Below are positions 30,830 through 47,653 of a stretch of DNA of 64,000 bases, one piece after another; the first letter of the stretch is position 1, and the number at the start of each line of letters is the position of its first letter. The stretch lies in assembly GCF_009914755.1 (NCBI RefSeq), contig NC_060947.1. One strand, 5' to 3'. The position numbers and the translations under genes are program-made. Under the pieces are notes generated by a model. It was not told where the DNA came from. It did not search any database and worked only from the letters and a program-made list of their open reading frames with translations. This DNA comes from the human T2T-CHM13v2.0 reference genome, Homo sapiens.

Positions 30830-32165
30830 GATTACTTTCTCGCTTTCATTTTTGCTCCCTTCCATCGCATTGTCCACACTGTAGCAAGAATGAACTTTCA
30901 AATATGTCAACCAGGTCATGTCATTTCCCAGATTTAGACTCATTAATGGCTCCCCATTGCCTTTAGACTGAAACCCAGACTCCTGTGCATGGCCCATAAG
31001 CTCTGCATGAGCTGACCCCTGCTCACCTCTCCAACCTCATTTTGTCCCACTGTCCTGCTTGCTCACAACATTCCAGCTACACTGACTTCTCATTTCCTCA
31101 AATATGCCAAGCTGGAGTCCATCGCAGTGCACTTGGTCATTATGCTGTTCCCTCTGCCTGCAGTATCCTTTTTATCTGTGGGAGGCAGAATTGTGGCCCC
31201 CATAACCTTCACTGCCTGATGTCAAACCTATTGTCATGTGCAGATGTAATTACGGTTACTAATAAACTGACTTCAAGATTGAAAGATTGTCTTGAATTAG
31301 CCAGGTAGGTCCAGTGTAATTACATGAGCCCTTAAAAAGCAGGAAAAAATGCAGCAGAAAAGGAAGTCAGAGATATTTGAAGCATGAGAAAGTCTCCAGA
31401 CACCCTTGCTGGCTTGAAGATGGAAAGGGCCATGTGGAAAACACAAAAAGGAAATGAGCTTGGAAGTGGATTCTTCCCCAGAGACTCCAGCAAGAAATGC
31501 AGCTGGCTTACACCTTGATTTTGATCTTGGAGCTCTTAAGCAGGGAACCTACCTCAGCCATGCAGTGCCTGGACTGCTGCTCCATGGAAACTGTGAGATA
31601 ATAGATCAGTATTGTTTTAATTCACTAAGCTTGTGGTGATTGGTTATGGCAGCAATAGAAAACTAATACACAATCCTTCCCTTTTCATAATTATCTCCTT
31701 TCAATCTTAGCTTAAATGTCACCATATGTCAGGGTCATACCTTGACCATCCTGCTCAAAATGATTCTCCTCTCTCCCATCCCCCTTATTCTCCTTCTTTG
31801 TGTCCATTCTTTGCTTCCTTCATGGTCTTTATCATAATTTTGGCTATTTTATGTATAGAATTTCTAACTATTTTTTGGAGGTCTCTCCCACCAAATTGCT
31901 ATGAGACAAAGGGCCACATTTGTCTTGTTTTCCATCTTAGCCTCATTGTCAGCGCAGTAGATCACATATAATAGGTAATTAATAGAAATGTGCTGAAGGA
32001 ATAAATGAGTGAGTAAACAGTGCTTGACAGAGTAATATTCACAGTATGAGCCACTGGAATGTAGACTCCACAAGAGCAGGAATCTTTGTTCACTGCTGTA
32101 TCTATGGAACATAGAAAAATGAAAGGCATAGAGTGGGCAGTCAATAAATATTTGTTGAATGAATT
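30830..32165 (+). mobile_element. L2a fragments, split by an MLT1 LTR
   Basis: ttaatggctccccattgcctttag...ggcccataagctctgcatgagctg; L2a 3' end tttgttcactgctgtatct...tcaataaatatttgttgaatgaat. Confidence 0.75.
31177..31670 (+). mobile_element. MaLR solo LTR, MLT1E-like
   Basis: TGtgggaggcagaatt...gctggcttgaagatgg...ggcagcaatagaaaactaataCA. Confidence 0.85.
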
Positions 32166-32400
32166 AATATTTATTGAGCCTCTACTTTGTGCCAGGAACT
32201 ATGTTCTGCACTTTACCTACCTTATTTAATTGGATCCTCACAATACCAACTCAAGTTGGGCACTATTACTTTCTCCATTTTATAAATTGCTTTCAGAATG
32301 GTTATGCATTTTGTTCAAGGCCACACAGCTAGTAAGTGGAAGAGCCAGAATTCAAAGCCAGGCCTTTCTACAAGCCTATGCTTTCCACTGTGTCATACTG
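32166..32400 (-). mobile_element. MIR SINE
   Basis: aatatttattgagcctctactttgtgccagg...caaggccacacagctagtaagtggaagagccagaattcaaa. Confidence 0.8.
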
Positions 32401-33569
32401 CCTCCCGAGTATTAACACAACCCAGTACCCTCTGGCTTGATCAGAGCTTTACAATGTGTAAAAAGTGCACATCTGGACATTCACATGAAACTTGGCATAC
32501 AGTGTTAGGGAATTCATAGAACCTGCTTATAAACCTCAGGTTAACTTAATGAATGCTAATAATGCATCAAATAATGCTCATGCTTTAATAGAGATTAACT
32601 GGATTGGACCAGATGAACTTCGTGTGTTTTTCTAGCTCTTAAATGGACATTCTTGAAGATAGAAAAATAAAATCTTCAAGACTCAGACATCCAGTACCAA
32701 TAATAAGATGACAGGTGTTGGTTAGGCCAGCATTTCAGGGATGAGGCTCTGTCTAGTATTCCTGATGACTAAACACCATGTAAGTCTCCAGCCCTGGCTT
32801 CAGCAGTTCTTCTGGTGGTACCTAATCTCCCAAGAAATTGTGAAGTCATCAGAGAGTTGACAATAGCATGAAACCAAAAGCAAAAACTCCCCACAGAACT
32901 GTGTACTTTAAGGTAGGGCATGCTGCCTACCCTTTGACTAAAAGCCCCCACCCAGCCTTCACTCAGAGGAGCTTACCAATCCCTCTCTGAGCACTATTTC
33001 GTCAAAACCAAGTGTCGATGTTCTGTCTCAGCTTTGTGTAACACTTGGAATTCCTTCCAGATAAATGACAGGATTGTGGCCAAGAAGGAGCCAAGAAATA
33101 AGTTAGAGATAAGACCTAAAGGTTTGATTTATGAAGGCAAATTTCTGAAAATGCTCATATCCCTCAGTGGCTGGGCAGCAGTCCACTGGCTTCTTTCTTC
33201 AAGACTTCCTGCCACCACCCCAGGGATTGCGGGGACTCTTCTAGTGCCCACAGCCTGAGATTGCTACTCTTCCTTTCCCTTATCTCCAGTCGCCCTCCTC
33301 ACAGTGAGTCATTATGACAGCCACAGACTCTCAGGACAGGCTCCCTGAGTGCAGCTGAAACTACCCTGGGACAGACAGCAAGGATAGCATGAGCACAACC
33401 AGTTCACATGCAAGACTGGCTTGTTCTCCACAGATATGGGCCACCCACCCCAAAGCTTATGTGCTTTAAAGCATCTGGACACTTTCCAGCTAAATCCTCT
33501 TCCCTTTTCTAAATAGGCTCCTTGCTCCCCAAGGCCTTGACTGGGGTTTCATCTTCTAATTTGCAAGGG

Positions 33570-34140
<571 letters not shown>

Positions 34141-35294
34141 CTTTATCTATTCTGGAAGGCAAGGTATCCTTTTGCATATTAAAAGGACAAAAGGCCTTGC
34201 CTGCTGCTTTTGATGTTATTACTACGTACTATACCACAGCAATGTGTGATGGCCCTAACTTGGGGCTATATAATGCCTTGCCGTGAAAATAAAAACAGAT
34301 ATGACTTATTGAGCACTGACTGTGTTTTAGGCACTCCCCTAAATGCTTTACATGAATTATTTTATTTAATCCTCACTAAAAATCTAGGAGGTGGGTGCTG
34401 TTATTTTCCTCATCAAAGCACAGAGAGATTAAATAACTATGTAATATAAAACTTAAATAAGCTTTGTGCAAGGGCTAATTATGAGTTGGGGGCAATAATG
34501 GAATGGCCCATGGAGGTTACAGAACTCTAATTTGATTTTGAAACATAGATTAGAAGTTGGGTAAGCAGAGAGGATGAGGAGGGGAGTCCAAGTAGAAGAA
34601 ACCACAGAAACAGAAGGTGGAAATTAGCCTGGTGTGTGTGTGGAATAAAGAGAATAGACTAACTTGAATGCTCCAGAGGCTACAGAACGGAGAAAGGTAG
34701 GAAGTCGGGCTGATAGCATCATCCTTCCCACCTCACAGACTGAACAATTGAGCCTTGGTACTGGAGCAGCCCCATTCAGAGACTGAGACCCAGAAACAGC
34801 AATCTTTTGCCATCCCAGCCTACTCTGTCCACTTTAGATGATTATGTTTTTAAATCATACCTCAGGGCTCCCCACATGATAACTTCATGGTATACCATCA
34901 GTTTCCAAGGTCGTGATCTCCCCATCTCAACTTGGCTATCCCTTTGTGTCTCCCTTTGTGCACCCCACTGAGATGCAGTAAGATGTATAGGTTGGGTCAG
35001 GAGAGTGGGCCTTGTGAGGTCTAAGCTAAACTTGGTCCCTTTCCTGCCTTAGGACTCCAAAGCAAATTCGATCTACTCCAGAATCTTACCATAGCTCCAT
35101 ACCTGTCCTGATCTAGATCTCTTGCTTCACTACTGACTCTTGGGTTTTGTCCCAGATAAAAAAGAGTCCTTTAAGAATAATAACATTTAATTTTGCTATA
35201 AAAGCTTGTGAATCACTCAGCCATGTCAGACTGTTAGTGAAATCCTGTGGCATTATATGGAATCAGAAGAGAGAAGTAAGGCAAGTTGGGTTTC

Positions 35295-36790
<1,496 letters not shown>

Positions 36791-36876
36791 TAGAACAATT
36801 TTTTTCCATGCCAGGAAAGGTTAATGGCAGCATAGTGTCTTATATTGCAAGCAAAATATCAATGAAAAGAAAAGCA

Positions 36877-36990
36877 TCTCTCCTTCCTTCCTTCCTTCCC
36901 TCCCTCCCTTCCTTCCCTCTCTCCCTTCCTTCCCTCCCTCCCTTCCTTCCCTCCCTCCCTTCCTTCCTTCTTTCCTTCTTTCCTTCCCTC
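36877..36990 (+). repeat. (CCTT)n/(CCCT)n simple repeat
   Basis: Direct inspection. Confidence 0.9.
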
Positions 36991-38154
36991 CACTTCAAAA
37001 ATGACAACACTGCAAACAGGAAGAAGAGAGTGTCTACTTCCCCATCACCACTGTCCTCTCCCCAACTTGACAGTTGGAGGCCCATTCTCTTGGAGTGATG
37101 AATCATACCTTGACAGGAATGAGTGGCCAGGCAGGATATTAGTATTATATATTATCCCTCGAGCCTAAAATGCATGCCCAGATGTTGCCATGGTAACTCA
37201 TTAGAACACGGCTCCAATCTACACAAGCTAGCACAGCTTTTCTAGTGACCACCTGGTTCCACATGCTTTTATGTTTTGTTTCACCTTTCCCAGACATCAA
37301 TAACATGCTGCAGGCTAGTCTGGAAAATGAATATATCATCAGTAAACACAGAAAGAAGAGTAGTCTAAAACTGGCCTGTAAGGTGGAAGACTGGGTTTTA
37401 TTTGGACCTCTGCACCAGTGGACTATGTGACATGGCAAGATGTTTCACCTCTCAAGACCTTGTATTCCTTTTCTAGTGTATGAGTGAGGTGGACTGGTTG
37501 ATTTCCTCAAGCTTCTGTCTCCCCAAAATGATTCTGTGCATGTCTTTAACATGCACAGAAATGTCAGTGGTAACTATTTCTAGAGATAGAGTCCTGAGAA
37601 TTTTTCAAAGTGGCTGTTTAATGAAAGGCCTGTGAAGGGAATAGAAGAAAGAAAATAAATGGGTTGGGGGTGGGTGGAAGACAAATGGTAATTTCATACA
37701 TTCCAGTTTGGTGGTACCTGTATTCCATGAGAGCACATTCAGGGTCAAATGTAAGTGGGAATGCAGCCACCTTTCACTCTTCTGTCCCTTGCACCTTCAA
37801 GATAGCTGGTATCCTTCTGCCTACTTAGTCTCCCAAATTTTCAGATGACAGTAGTTCATTCTTACTTTATTGTCTTTTTATGGACAGCCTTCCCCATTTG
37901 AACTCCCTATCATGTCTACCAATAGCATCCTAAATATGTGTTATGTCTAACTCAAGTCCCATCAGCCCCATGAAGGCTGTCTGGATCTCTCTCAGGTTAC
38001 AGGGACCCCTCAGACTTCTGTGGCTCTTGGGATATGCACCTCCTAATTCTTACCATAGACTGCTCTCTCATCATAGGTACTTTTTGTTTTTATTGTTTTA
38101 AATGCACTTCTAAAAAATTTTAATTACTTTCATATTGATATTAAATATGGAGAG

Positions 38155-38572
38155 CGATAAAAGAAAAACTTCAGCCGAATTAAATTTAAAGGAGTTTAAT
38201 TGAGCAATGAACGATTTGCGAATGGGGCAGCCCCAAGAATCACAGCAGATTCAGAGACTCCAAGGGTGCCTCATGGTCAGAACAAATTTATAGACAAAAA
38301 AAGGTAAAGTGATGTACAGGAATTGGAAGTGAGATACAGAAACGGTGAGATTGGCTACAGCTCGGTGTTTGCCTTATTTGAATACAGTTCGAACATTCAG
38401 CAGTCTTTGAGTGGTTGAAGTATGGCCCCTGGGATTGGCCAACACTCAGCTATTGTTACAGGTGTATACTATTAAGTTAGTTTTTCAATTTTGTCTATTA
38501 AGCTAGGTTACAGTTCATCCACAAGGACTCAGAAAGTACGGAGTCCTTTTCAGGCCATAGTTTGCTTTAATA
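38155..38572 (-). mobile_element. ERV1 solo LTR, MER57A1-like
   Basis: Reverse strand reads TATTAAAGCAAACTATGGCCTGAAAAGGACTCCGTACTT...GCTGAAGTTTTTCTTTTATCG; TSD AGAG (38151-38154 / 38573-38576). Confidence 0.88.
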
Positions 38573-38656
38573 AGAGATACAAAGAAGAAAACAAAATGGG
38601 CCATAATCTTCATCCTTAAGACTCTGCTGAGTTTTTAAAATATATATCAAGGTAAC

Positions 38657-38965
38657 ACGTGGCAGGGCCTAGGGACTGGGGAGATGTTAATCAATGGATA
38701 TAAACTTCAGTTAGACAGAAGGAATTAGTTCAAGATATCTATTGTATAAAATGATGACTATAGTTATCACAATGTATTTTATACTTGAAAATTTTTAGGA
38801 GAGTAGATTTAAGTGTTCTCACCATGAAAAAAAAAAATTATGTGAGGTAACACGTTAATTAGCTTGATGTAACCATTCCACAATATACATATATTTTGAA
38901 GCATCATGTTCTACACTGTAAATATAGATGCTTTTTTGCAATTTAAAATTTTAAAATAAGTAAAT
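38657..38965 (+). mobile_element. L1MA9-like 3' end
   Basis: ggggagatgttaatcaatggatataaacttcagttag...gagagtagatttaagtgttctcacca. Confidence 0.75.
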
Positions 38966-39179
38966 ACATAATACGCATGTAAGGTCAGAAAATTCAAACT
39001 ACAGAAAGGTACAAAATGAAAAGTAAAAGCCACTCCCCAAAATTCCTAGTTCCTTTCCCAGAGATCGCTATACAATATTTCATGCAGTATCATCCAGAAA
39101 AAATGAAAACAACATAAACTCACATACAGACATACACACACACACATACACACACACACACACACAGATGTATCTGTAC

Positions 39180-40017
<838 letters not shown>

Positions 40018-40259
40018 TAGTGAAATTGTGCAAGTATATGTATAATTGAAATTCCAGTAGAATTTGGTATTTGGGTCTTGTCTTTTTGGATAGGCTGCAT
40101 GCTCCAAAGAACACAGTTTATACCTTTAAATTCTTTGTGTCCACGTCTGAGCTTTGACATATAGTGGGTGATGGTAAATGTTTACTAAATGAGTAAAAAT
40201 AATGAAGATGCTGAAACAAAATAATGAAGACAAAAAATGAAGATCATTAAAACCTTCAT

Positions 40260-40790
40260 GAAAACTCCCATACAGATCTTCAAAATCAGACAAAAATATT
40301 TAGCAACAGTTAAAAAATATTGTACCATTTAACCCTGTAGTTCCACTTCTAACTATATTTTTCCTAATGAAATCATTTAAAATAAAAGCACCACTTGGAA
40401 CATTATTTATAATAGCAAACATTTCAAGCATGCTTAAATATTTAACACTGCTGGTGCTGAAGTGCAGAGTGGGAGAATGGGGGAATATATATGTATGCAC
40501 ACACACATAATTTGCAAAAAGCATGTTTGCAAAACAATTCCAATGATATGGAAAAATTTTAAGATCAAGTAAAAAGAGCAAGCTAAAAATCAAATACATA
40601 ATTCTCAACCATGTGAAGGTATTTTAAAGGCACTGGAATAAAACTGGACCAGAATATGAACAGGAGCTTCATCTAGGTGAAAAAATAATTAGGGATGTTT
40701 TTAACTTGTTTTGTAACACTTTTCTATACTATCCATATTACACTTCTACAGTCAATGTGTGTTGTTTTGATCATCGGGACCAAATTTTTT
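40260..40790 (+). mobile_element. L1ME-like 3' region
   Basis: accatttaaccctgtagttccacttct...cattatttataatagcaaa...caatgatatggaaaaat. Confidence 0.55.
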
Positions 40791-40823
40791 TTTTTTTAAG
40801 TTAGGTAGAAAGAAAGGATCTCC

Positions 40824-41299
<476 letters not shown>

Positions 41300-41827
41300 T
41301 CAAATAGTAACTTTCCAACCTTTCTCAGAAAGCCTCTTTCTCCCCTGCCACACACGCCCACCCTCCAGACTCATTTTAATTCTTATCAGTCAGGTTGACC
41401 TTGATCATTTTAACAGCTTTTTCATTATTGTTACTGTCCCCACAAGGATTGGCTAGTCTCTCTCTCAGGTGCTTGCCCACCCAAAGTCCCCTAAGACTTG
41501 GAGAATAGTCATGCTATTTATCAAAATGAGGAAACCTGAATAGGTTAACTAGAGGGGTTGCCTGATTTGGGTTGCTGTTTGGCACCAGCCTCCTTTTGCC
41601 TGATTGGTTTCAGATGGTTGTCTTTTTCTGGGTTCTTTATTCTTGCATTGCCGTTGGCGCTTCCATAGTGAGCGGAGGCTCTTTATAAAGCCAGGTCCCA
41701 CACCTAGCCATTCAAAATGATATACTCAAGCCAGTCTTGCCTTCCTCATAGTAATAACCATATCTCCTCAGTTCTTATGCATGATCACATGTCCTAACTG
41801 GGGAAATGAGGCCTTTGGTTACCTAGG

Positions 41828-42162
41828 CTCGGGTCAGCAAACTATGGCCCATGGGGCCAAATATGTTCGGCAGCCTGTTTTTATGTGACCTATGAGCTAA
41901 GAATGTTTTTTACATTTTTAATGTTTAAAAAAATCAAAAGAAGAAAAATATCTGATGACATGAAAATTATATAAAATTCAAATTTTACAGTCTTTAAATA
42001 AAGTTATATTGGAACAAGCCATACCTATTGGATTACAACTTTGTCTATGGATGCTTTCACACTACAATGGTAGAGTTGAGAAGCTGTGACAAAACTGTAT
42101 GGTCTGCAAAGCCTAAAATATTTATAATCTGTCCCTTTACAGAATAAGTTTGCCATCCTCTG
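41828..42162 (+). mobile_element. MER58B hAT-Charlie
   Basis: gggtcagcaaactatggccc...gagctaagaatg...gcaaagcctaaaatattta...ccctttacaga. Confidence 0.85.
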
Positions 42163-42299
42163 CTCTAGTGCATGCCCATCTATTCATTGCTAGTATGCTG
42201 TGAAGTTCTGTACTTGGCAAATGCCAGGCTATTGACATCAGTGATTGACACAGCCTGGACATAAAGTGATACAGGAGGGTGCAGAAAATTAAAGAACAC

Positions 42300-42490
42300 A
42301 TGTGTATCTAAAGGTGGCAACAAGGATTTATAATCATTCACAGTGCAGGCCCAGCTTTGCCAAATCTAAATTTGTAAAAGAATACAGAAATCCAGATTGT
42401 TATGTGAATTCTCCTGATTTTTATATGTTGGCAAACACTGACAAGGTCAAATAAATCACATCTGCCAGCTACCAATTTACTACTGTTCTA
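42300..42490 (+). mobile_element. MER112-like hAT-Charlie
   Basis: cagaaatccagattgttatgtgaattctcctgatttttatatgttggcaa. Confidence 0.55.
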
Positions 42491-43045
42491 GGGCTCTGAA
42501 CACACAAGGAGCCAGTTCGGATTTTAAGTCAGGGCCATGCATTCTACCATCCTTGTGACCCAAGGGCAAGCAAAGAACAATTTGAGCTCATTAAAATAAC
42601 TTGTTCCACTGCAGATGTCACAGTGCTTGGGGGTGAAGATCAGAAATGAAAATAAGGAGAAAACTCCAGCACTTGCCTCTGCTGCCTTATCTTATATGAC
42701 TTATCTTGCGGCTTTTAACACTGATGACCAATCTCTTCTTGAACACACTCTGGGTTGTCCTATTAGCCTGTCTTACTATTTATTTCTTTGGCTCACCTTC
42801 TGTTCTCTTGTGTTTTCTCTCTTCCATTAAACTGAGGTTTCTTTTTCTCCTATTGCCAATTTCAGGTACTGGTGGATAAATGAGTCACAGAATTTGCTTT
42901 TGGCTTGGTTGTTCTTGCAGCTTCCTCCAAATTCTACCTACAGAGTGATAGGTTTTAGCAAGAGGTAGAAGCCCTACTTAACGCCTCTAACCTAAACACT
43001 GTACTCCAACTTTCCTAGAGAGCCACGCATTGAGTTTTCAGCCGC

Positions 43046-43395
43046 TTTTTTTTTCTTTTTATTTTCCTTTTCTTTTTTGTTTTTTTGTTGTTGTTGTTGT
43101 TTTTTATTTTGAAGCAAAGTCTCATTCTCTCATTCAGGCTGGAATGTAGTGGCACGACCTTGGCTCACTGCACCTCTGCCTCTCAGGTTCAAGTGATTCT
43201 CATGCCTCAGCCTCCCGAGTAGCTGGGATTACAGGCATGTGCCACCACACCCAGCTTTTTTTTTTTTTTTGTATTTTTAATAAGATGGGGTTTCACTATG
43301 TTGACCAGGCTGGTCTCAAACTCCTGGCCTCAAGTAATCTGCCTGCCACTGCCTCCCAAAGTGCTGGGATTACAGGCATTAGCCACCACTCCCAG
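43046..43395 (-). mobile_element. AluS/J (Sz/Jb-like)
   Basis: Reverse dimer; TSD gagttttcagc. Confidence 0.88.
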
Positions 43396-43639
43396 AGTTT
43401 TCAGCTTTTCTATTAAAGTGATATTTTGTTCCCCCTTTGGCTACTGATCCTTGCAAATCTTTCCATACAGGATCTCATAAGGGGAAGGGCTGGTTGGCAA
43501 GGCAGGATTTTAGCAGTCTATATATTGCTATATATACTAGCAAAATTTTACCCCAATTCCTAACAGAAAGCTTCTCTCCTGGGTCTCTTTTTTATCTCAG
43601 GCTGTTCCATCCCAGGCTCCATTACTAACCTCTTTTTCT

Positions 43640-44500
43640 TTTGCTCGCTTCTTAAGTGCTGCTGTTCTTTCTTTGTCCTTTTTCTCTTTGCACTCTGTAT
43701 ACACTCTATGCAATTTCAACTGGGCCTGTGGCTTTAAATACAACATACAGATGGATGAATCAAAAATCTTTATCTCTAGTCTAGAGCTCCCTCCTGAGCT
43801 TCAGACCCATATATCCATCTACCTACATGGCATCTCAGCTTGAATGTGCCAAAGAGAGATCAAACGTAATGTTTCCCGCACAGATTATCTCTACTCCCCA
43901 CTCTACCAGCCTTCTCCTCCTGTGTACTCGTAGTCCATTGTACCACTGACCCTACAAAGTGACTCAAGCCAGAAACACCGGGATTCATATTAGATTTCTC
44001 TCTCTACTTTCCCCCACTACAGTCAATCATTCACCATGTCCTGTGAATGCCACCTCCTAATTGTCTCTGAAATTCATTCCCATTGCTAATACTTGCCCTA
44101 GTTCAGGCACTCATTACTACTCATTGAAAGAGAGAGAGGGAGAGAGAGAGAAAAAAAAACTATTGTCAAAACTTGCTTTAAGTCTGACCCCTTTCAATCA
44201 ATTCTCCAGGCTGCTGAGAGAATGATTTTCTAAAATGCAAAGCTGGCCATGTCCCTCTCCTGCTTAAAACCTTCTATAACTCTCCAGAGGGTCAAGTCCA
44301 AATCCCTGTGTGTGCAGGTGAGACTCCTTATGATGCGGTTTCTGCCTACCTGCCCTGCTTCAGCTTTAAACATTTTTCAAATACATTCTGTCCCAGTCAT
44401 TCTGAGAATCTTGCAGTCCCAACTCCAAACATACCATGCTACTTCTGAATTTCATGCCTTTGCCTGGAATGCCCTTCGTCATAATCCCCCTCCCACACAA
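43640..44500 (+). mobile_element. L2 LINE (RT-3' region)
   Basis: tggctttaaatacaacatacagatggatgaatc...ctcctgagcttcagacccatatatcca...ctcaagccagaaac...ccctctcctgcttaaaacc. Confidence 0.75.
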
Positions 44501-44609
44501 ATCCTATACTACGTCTTCTCGGAGCTTTGCTAGGTGACAAGCTAGCCAACACCTGATAGACACTCATATTGAGATGTGTGATAATGGCTTCTTTTGGACA
44601 TATGAAGGA

Positions 44610-45384
44610 ATAATAATAGTAATAGCCAATATTTATATAGTGATTACCGTGTGGCAGGCATTCTTTATTTACTTTCTTATATTAATCCATTTAATCCTCA
44701 TGACAGCTCTGTGAGATAGATACTGTTATCATCCTCATTTTCTCGATGAGGACACTGTATCATGGTCACACAGCTTGTAAGTGGTAGAGCAGGTACAATT
44801 CTAGGCATTCTGGCTCTGGAGTGTGCGTGTTTTTAATCACTGCCCTCTTGCCATCACATTGCCTTAATTGTGTCACTAGTTTCTGGAAGGCAATATGATA
44901 TAGCAGTTGAGTGTGGGCTCTTCAGACAGAACTTGTTTCAAATCAAATCTTTGCCACTTACCAGCTGTGTGACCTTGAGCAACTGAATTAACCTCTCTGA
45001 TTCTCAGCTTCCTCCTTCTAAAATGGGGATATTTGTTGTAAAAATTAAATGAGATAAGCAATATATTTAAGTGCTTAAAACAGTACCTGGCACATATTAA
45101 GTATTTCACAAATGCTACCATTGTTGGTTGTTACAGTGATTAAGAGCAATGATTCTCTAATGGTGGGGATTTCAGACATCAAGGAGAAGGGACTGTAGCA
45201 AAGCGATTAAGAACAGGATTTTGAATCTTAGCTCTGCCTCTTAATAAATGAGTTAATCTCTCTGCATCAAAATTTCTTCATCTGTAAAATGAGGAAAGCA
45301 GTATTTCTTTCTTAGCATTATTTTGAGGATGAAATGAGTTAATAGATGTAAGACACATAGAGCAAACCAGGTATTTAGTAAATA
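44610..45384. mobile_element. Cluster of three MIRs (-, +, +)
   Basis: atttaatcctcatgacagc...ggtcacacagct (-); agctgtgtgaccttgagcaa (+); ttcatctgtaaaatgagg (+). Confidence 0.8.
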
Positions 45385-45913
45385 CAGTAATCTCCCCTTA
45401 TTAAGCACTTTTGTTTTCCGTGATTTCAGTTATCCATGGTCAACTGCTGCCCAAAAATATTGAATGGAAAATTCCAGAAATAAACAATTCACAAGTTTTA
45501 AATTGCCTGCCATTCTGAGTGGCATGATTAAATACCTCACCATCCTGCTTTATCCTGCCCAGGACATGAATCATCCCTTTGTCCATGTAGATGTCAGCCA
45601 CCTGTTAATCATTTAGTGGCTGTCTCGGTGATCATATCAACTGCCATGGTATTGCAATGTTTAAGTCACCCTTGTTTTTCTTCATAATAATCCCAAACGG
45701 CAAGAGTGATGATGCTGGCATATCATTTTAATTGTTCTATGTTATTATTAGTTATTGTTGTTAATCTCTTACTTTGCCTAATTTATAACTTTACCATAGG
45801 GATGTATGTATGGGAAGAAAACATAGTATATGTAGGCTACAATACTATCTGTGGTTTCAGGCGTTCACTGGGGTCCTTGGAATGTGTCCCCCTCATATAA
45901 GGGGGGACTACTG
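45385..45913 (+). mobile_element. MER44B-like (Tigger7-derived) DNA transposon
   Basis: TIRs cagtaatctcccctta / taaggggggactactg with TA target duplications. Confidence 0.88.
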
Positions 45914-46569
45914 TACTACATAACTGTTGGTTTATAATAACAAATAGATTTCTTTGAAGCCTTTGCCTCTTTTGCCCATATATGGTTCACCCTAAATGCA
46001 ACTTTGTTTTGGTAACATCTGTGCCAGACTGCTGCTGCTGCTTTTTTTTTGTTTGTTTAATCATTAGCACCCTTAAAGGCAGAGACTTGACTTTCTCATT
46101 ATAATCCCATAGCCAGCACAGTCTCTGGTACATGGTTTGATGAATGAATGAATGGGTCTGTATGGAAATATGAATACATAAACAAAAGAATGAAAAATTG
46201 GGCTGAAGTTCTGTGGCTGGTATAACATCTACGGATGGGACCAATTTTTTTAAAACAAACAGTAGAATGGAAAGCTCCCTTCTGCCCACTGTGGGGACTT
46301 ATTAAATATTTAATAAATGTCCCTTAAATAGCAACATTCAGATGGCATATTCCATTTCATTTAACTCGAAATGCTACTTCGTTTTTCTTCATCTGAAAGC
46401 AAGCATGACAGATCATTTATTTTGCCTTACATATCAAGCATCTGCCTGAAACAGCTGCTTCTCTTCAAAACCTGGCAGCCTGAGGGTCTGAAACTGATCT
46501 AACTAAAGAAAGGTGATGTGGATTTTTGCACTACTCTGTCCACCTCTTCTTTATGGAGACTCTTGAAAA

Positions 46570-46760
46570 CAGAGAAGGCTTTTCAATCCTGACTGTGTAT
46601 CAGAGTAATGTGGGAAGTTTATTAAATATGCAGATACTCAGATCCCATGCCAGACCAACTTAATCATATCCTCTGGGAATGGAGGCCCAGGAATTTGTAT
46701 TTTTAGATACTGCCCAAATGAATTTTAAGCAGTGCTTTAAAGAAAGTCAAGGTTGGCCAG
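46570..46760 (+). mobile_element. MER5A-like hAT-Charlie
   Basis: atcagagtaatgtgggaagtttattaaatatgcagatactcag...ggcccaggaatttgtattttta. Confidence 0.6.
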
Positions 46761-47653
46761 CAGATGTCACTGAATCTTTCCTAGCCTATACCACCCACCT
46801 GTCCTGTTGTCCTAAACTTTACTCATTTACTTGAAAACGATGACTATAGAAAGTAGTTCTGACTGTATTCTTAGAGGCATCCGTAGCTCAGGTCACATGG
46901 ACCATAAGAAAGAACAAGTGCTCTGTCATACATAGCATCTGGAAACTAAATGTTTTCCTAGGCAGGTTGGTGAAGCAAGGACAGCAGGCAGTTTTGCCTG
47001 TGCAGGAAGCAGCCCCCAAGCCTGTGGTTTTTCGTTCTGTCCCCATGCATTGACCTGTAAGGTGATGTAGTCTGAAGAAGCCCCTGTTCCTCTGCATCCC
47101 TGGAAATAAATCTGCTCAATGGAGCACAGAATCAAAAACAGCAATAGCAATAATTTACAAATAAAGAAAAGTATATTTTAATTTTTAAATTGACTTCAAT
47201 TTCTATTTATACTTCCAGTTCTAGAGAAGCAGGGGGAGAAACGTACCAGAGGAAGGTGCAGAAATAATCCCATCTGCTACAGAAGGCCTCCACAGAACTT
47301 GACCACTAAAAAAAGAAACAGACTGTTCCTTGCTTCAGCGACTCAGCTTCTCATGGTTCAACCTAGCCAGCTTTACCACAGAAGGATTCGGCAATTTGCT
47401 CAGAAATATGGCTTTAGTTTAAAACACAAATGACCCCCTGCTAAAAAAACAGTTGTGGATTCCACCAGCCCAACACTGAATTTCATCTATCCTTGTCTGG
47501 GGATACAGGCGCCAATTGTTCACATACCACACACTACTCCTCCCTGTGTTTAGGGGCTGCAGATCAGGCTGGGGTTTCTGTTCCTCTTGATTTGTAGCCA
47601 CTTCCTCCATGGCTCCTGTGTGCAAGTCTGCATGTACCTTAAGTGTGATGGGA

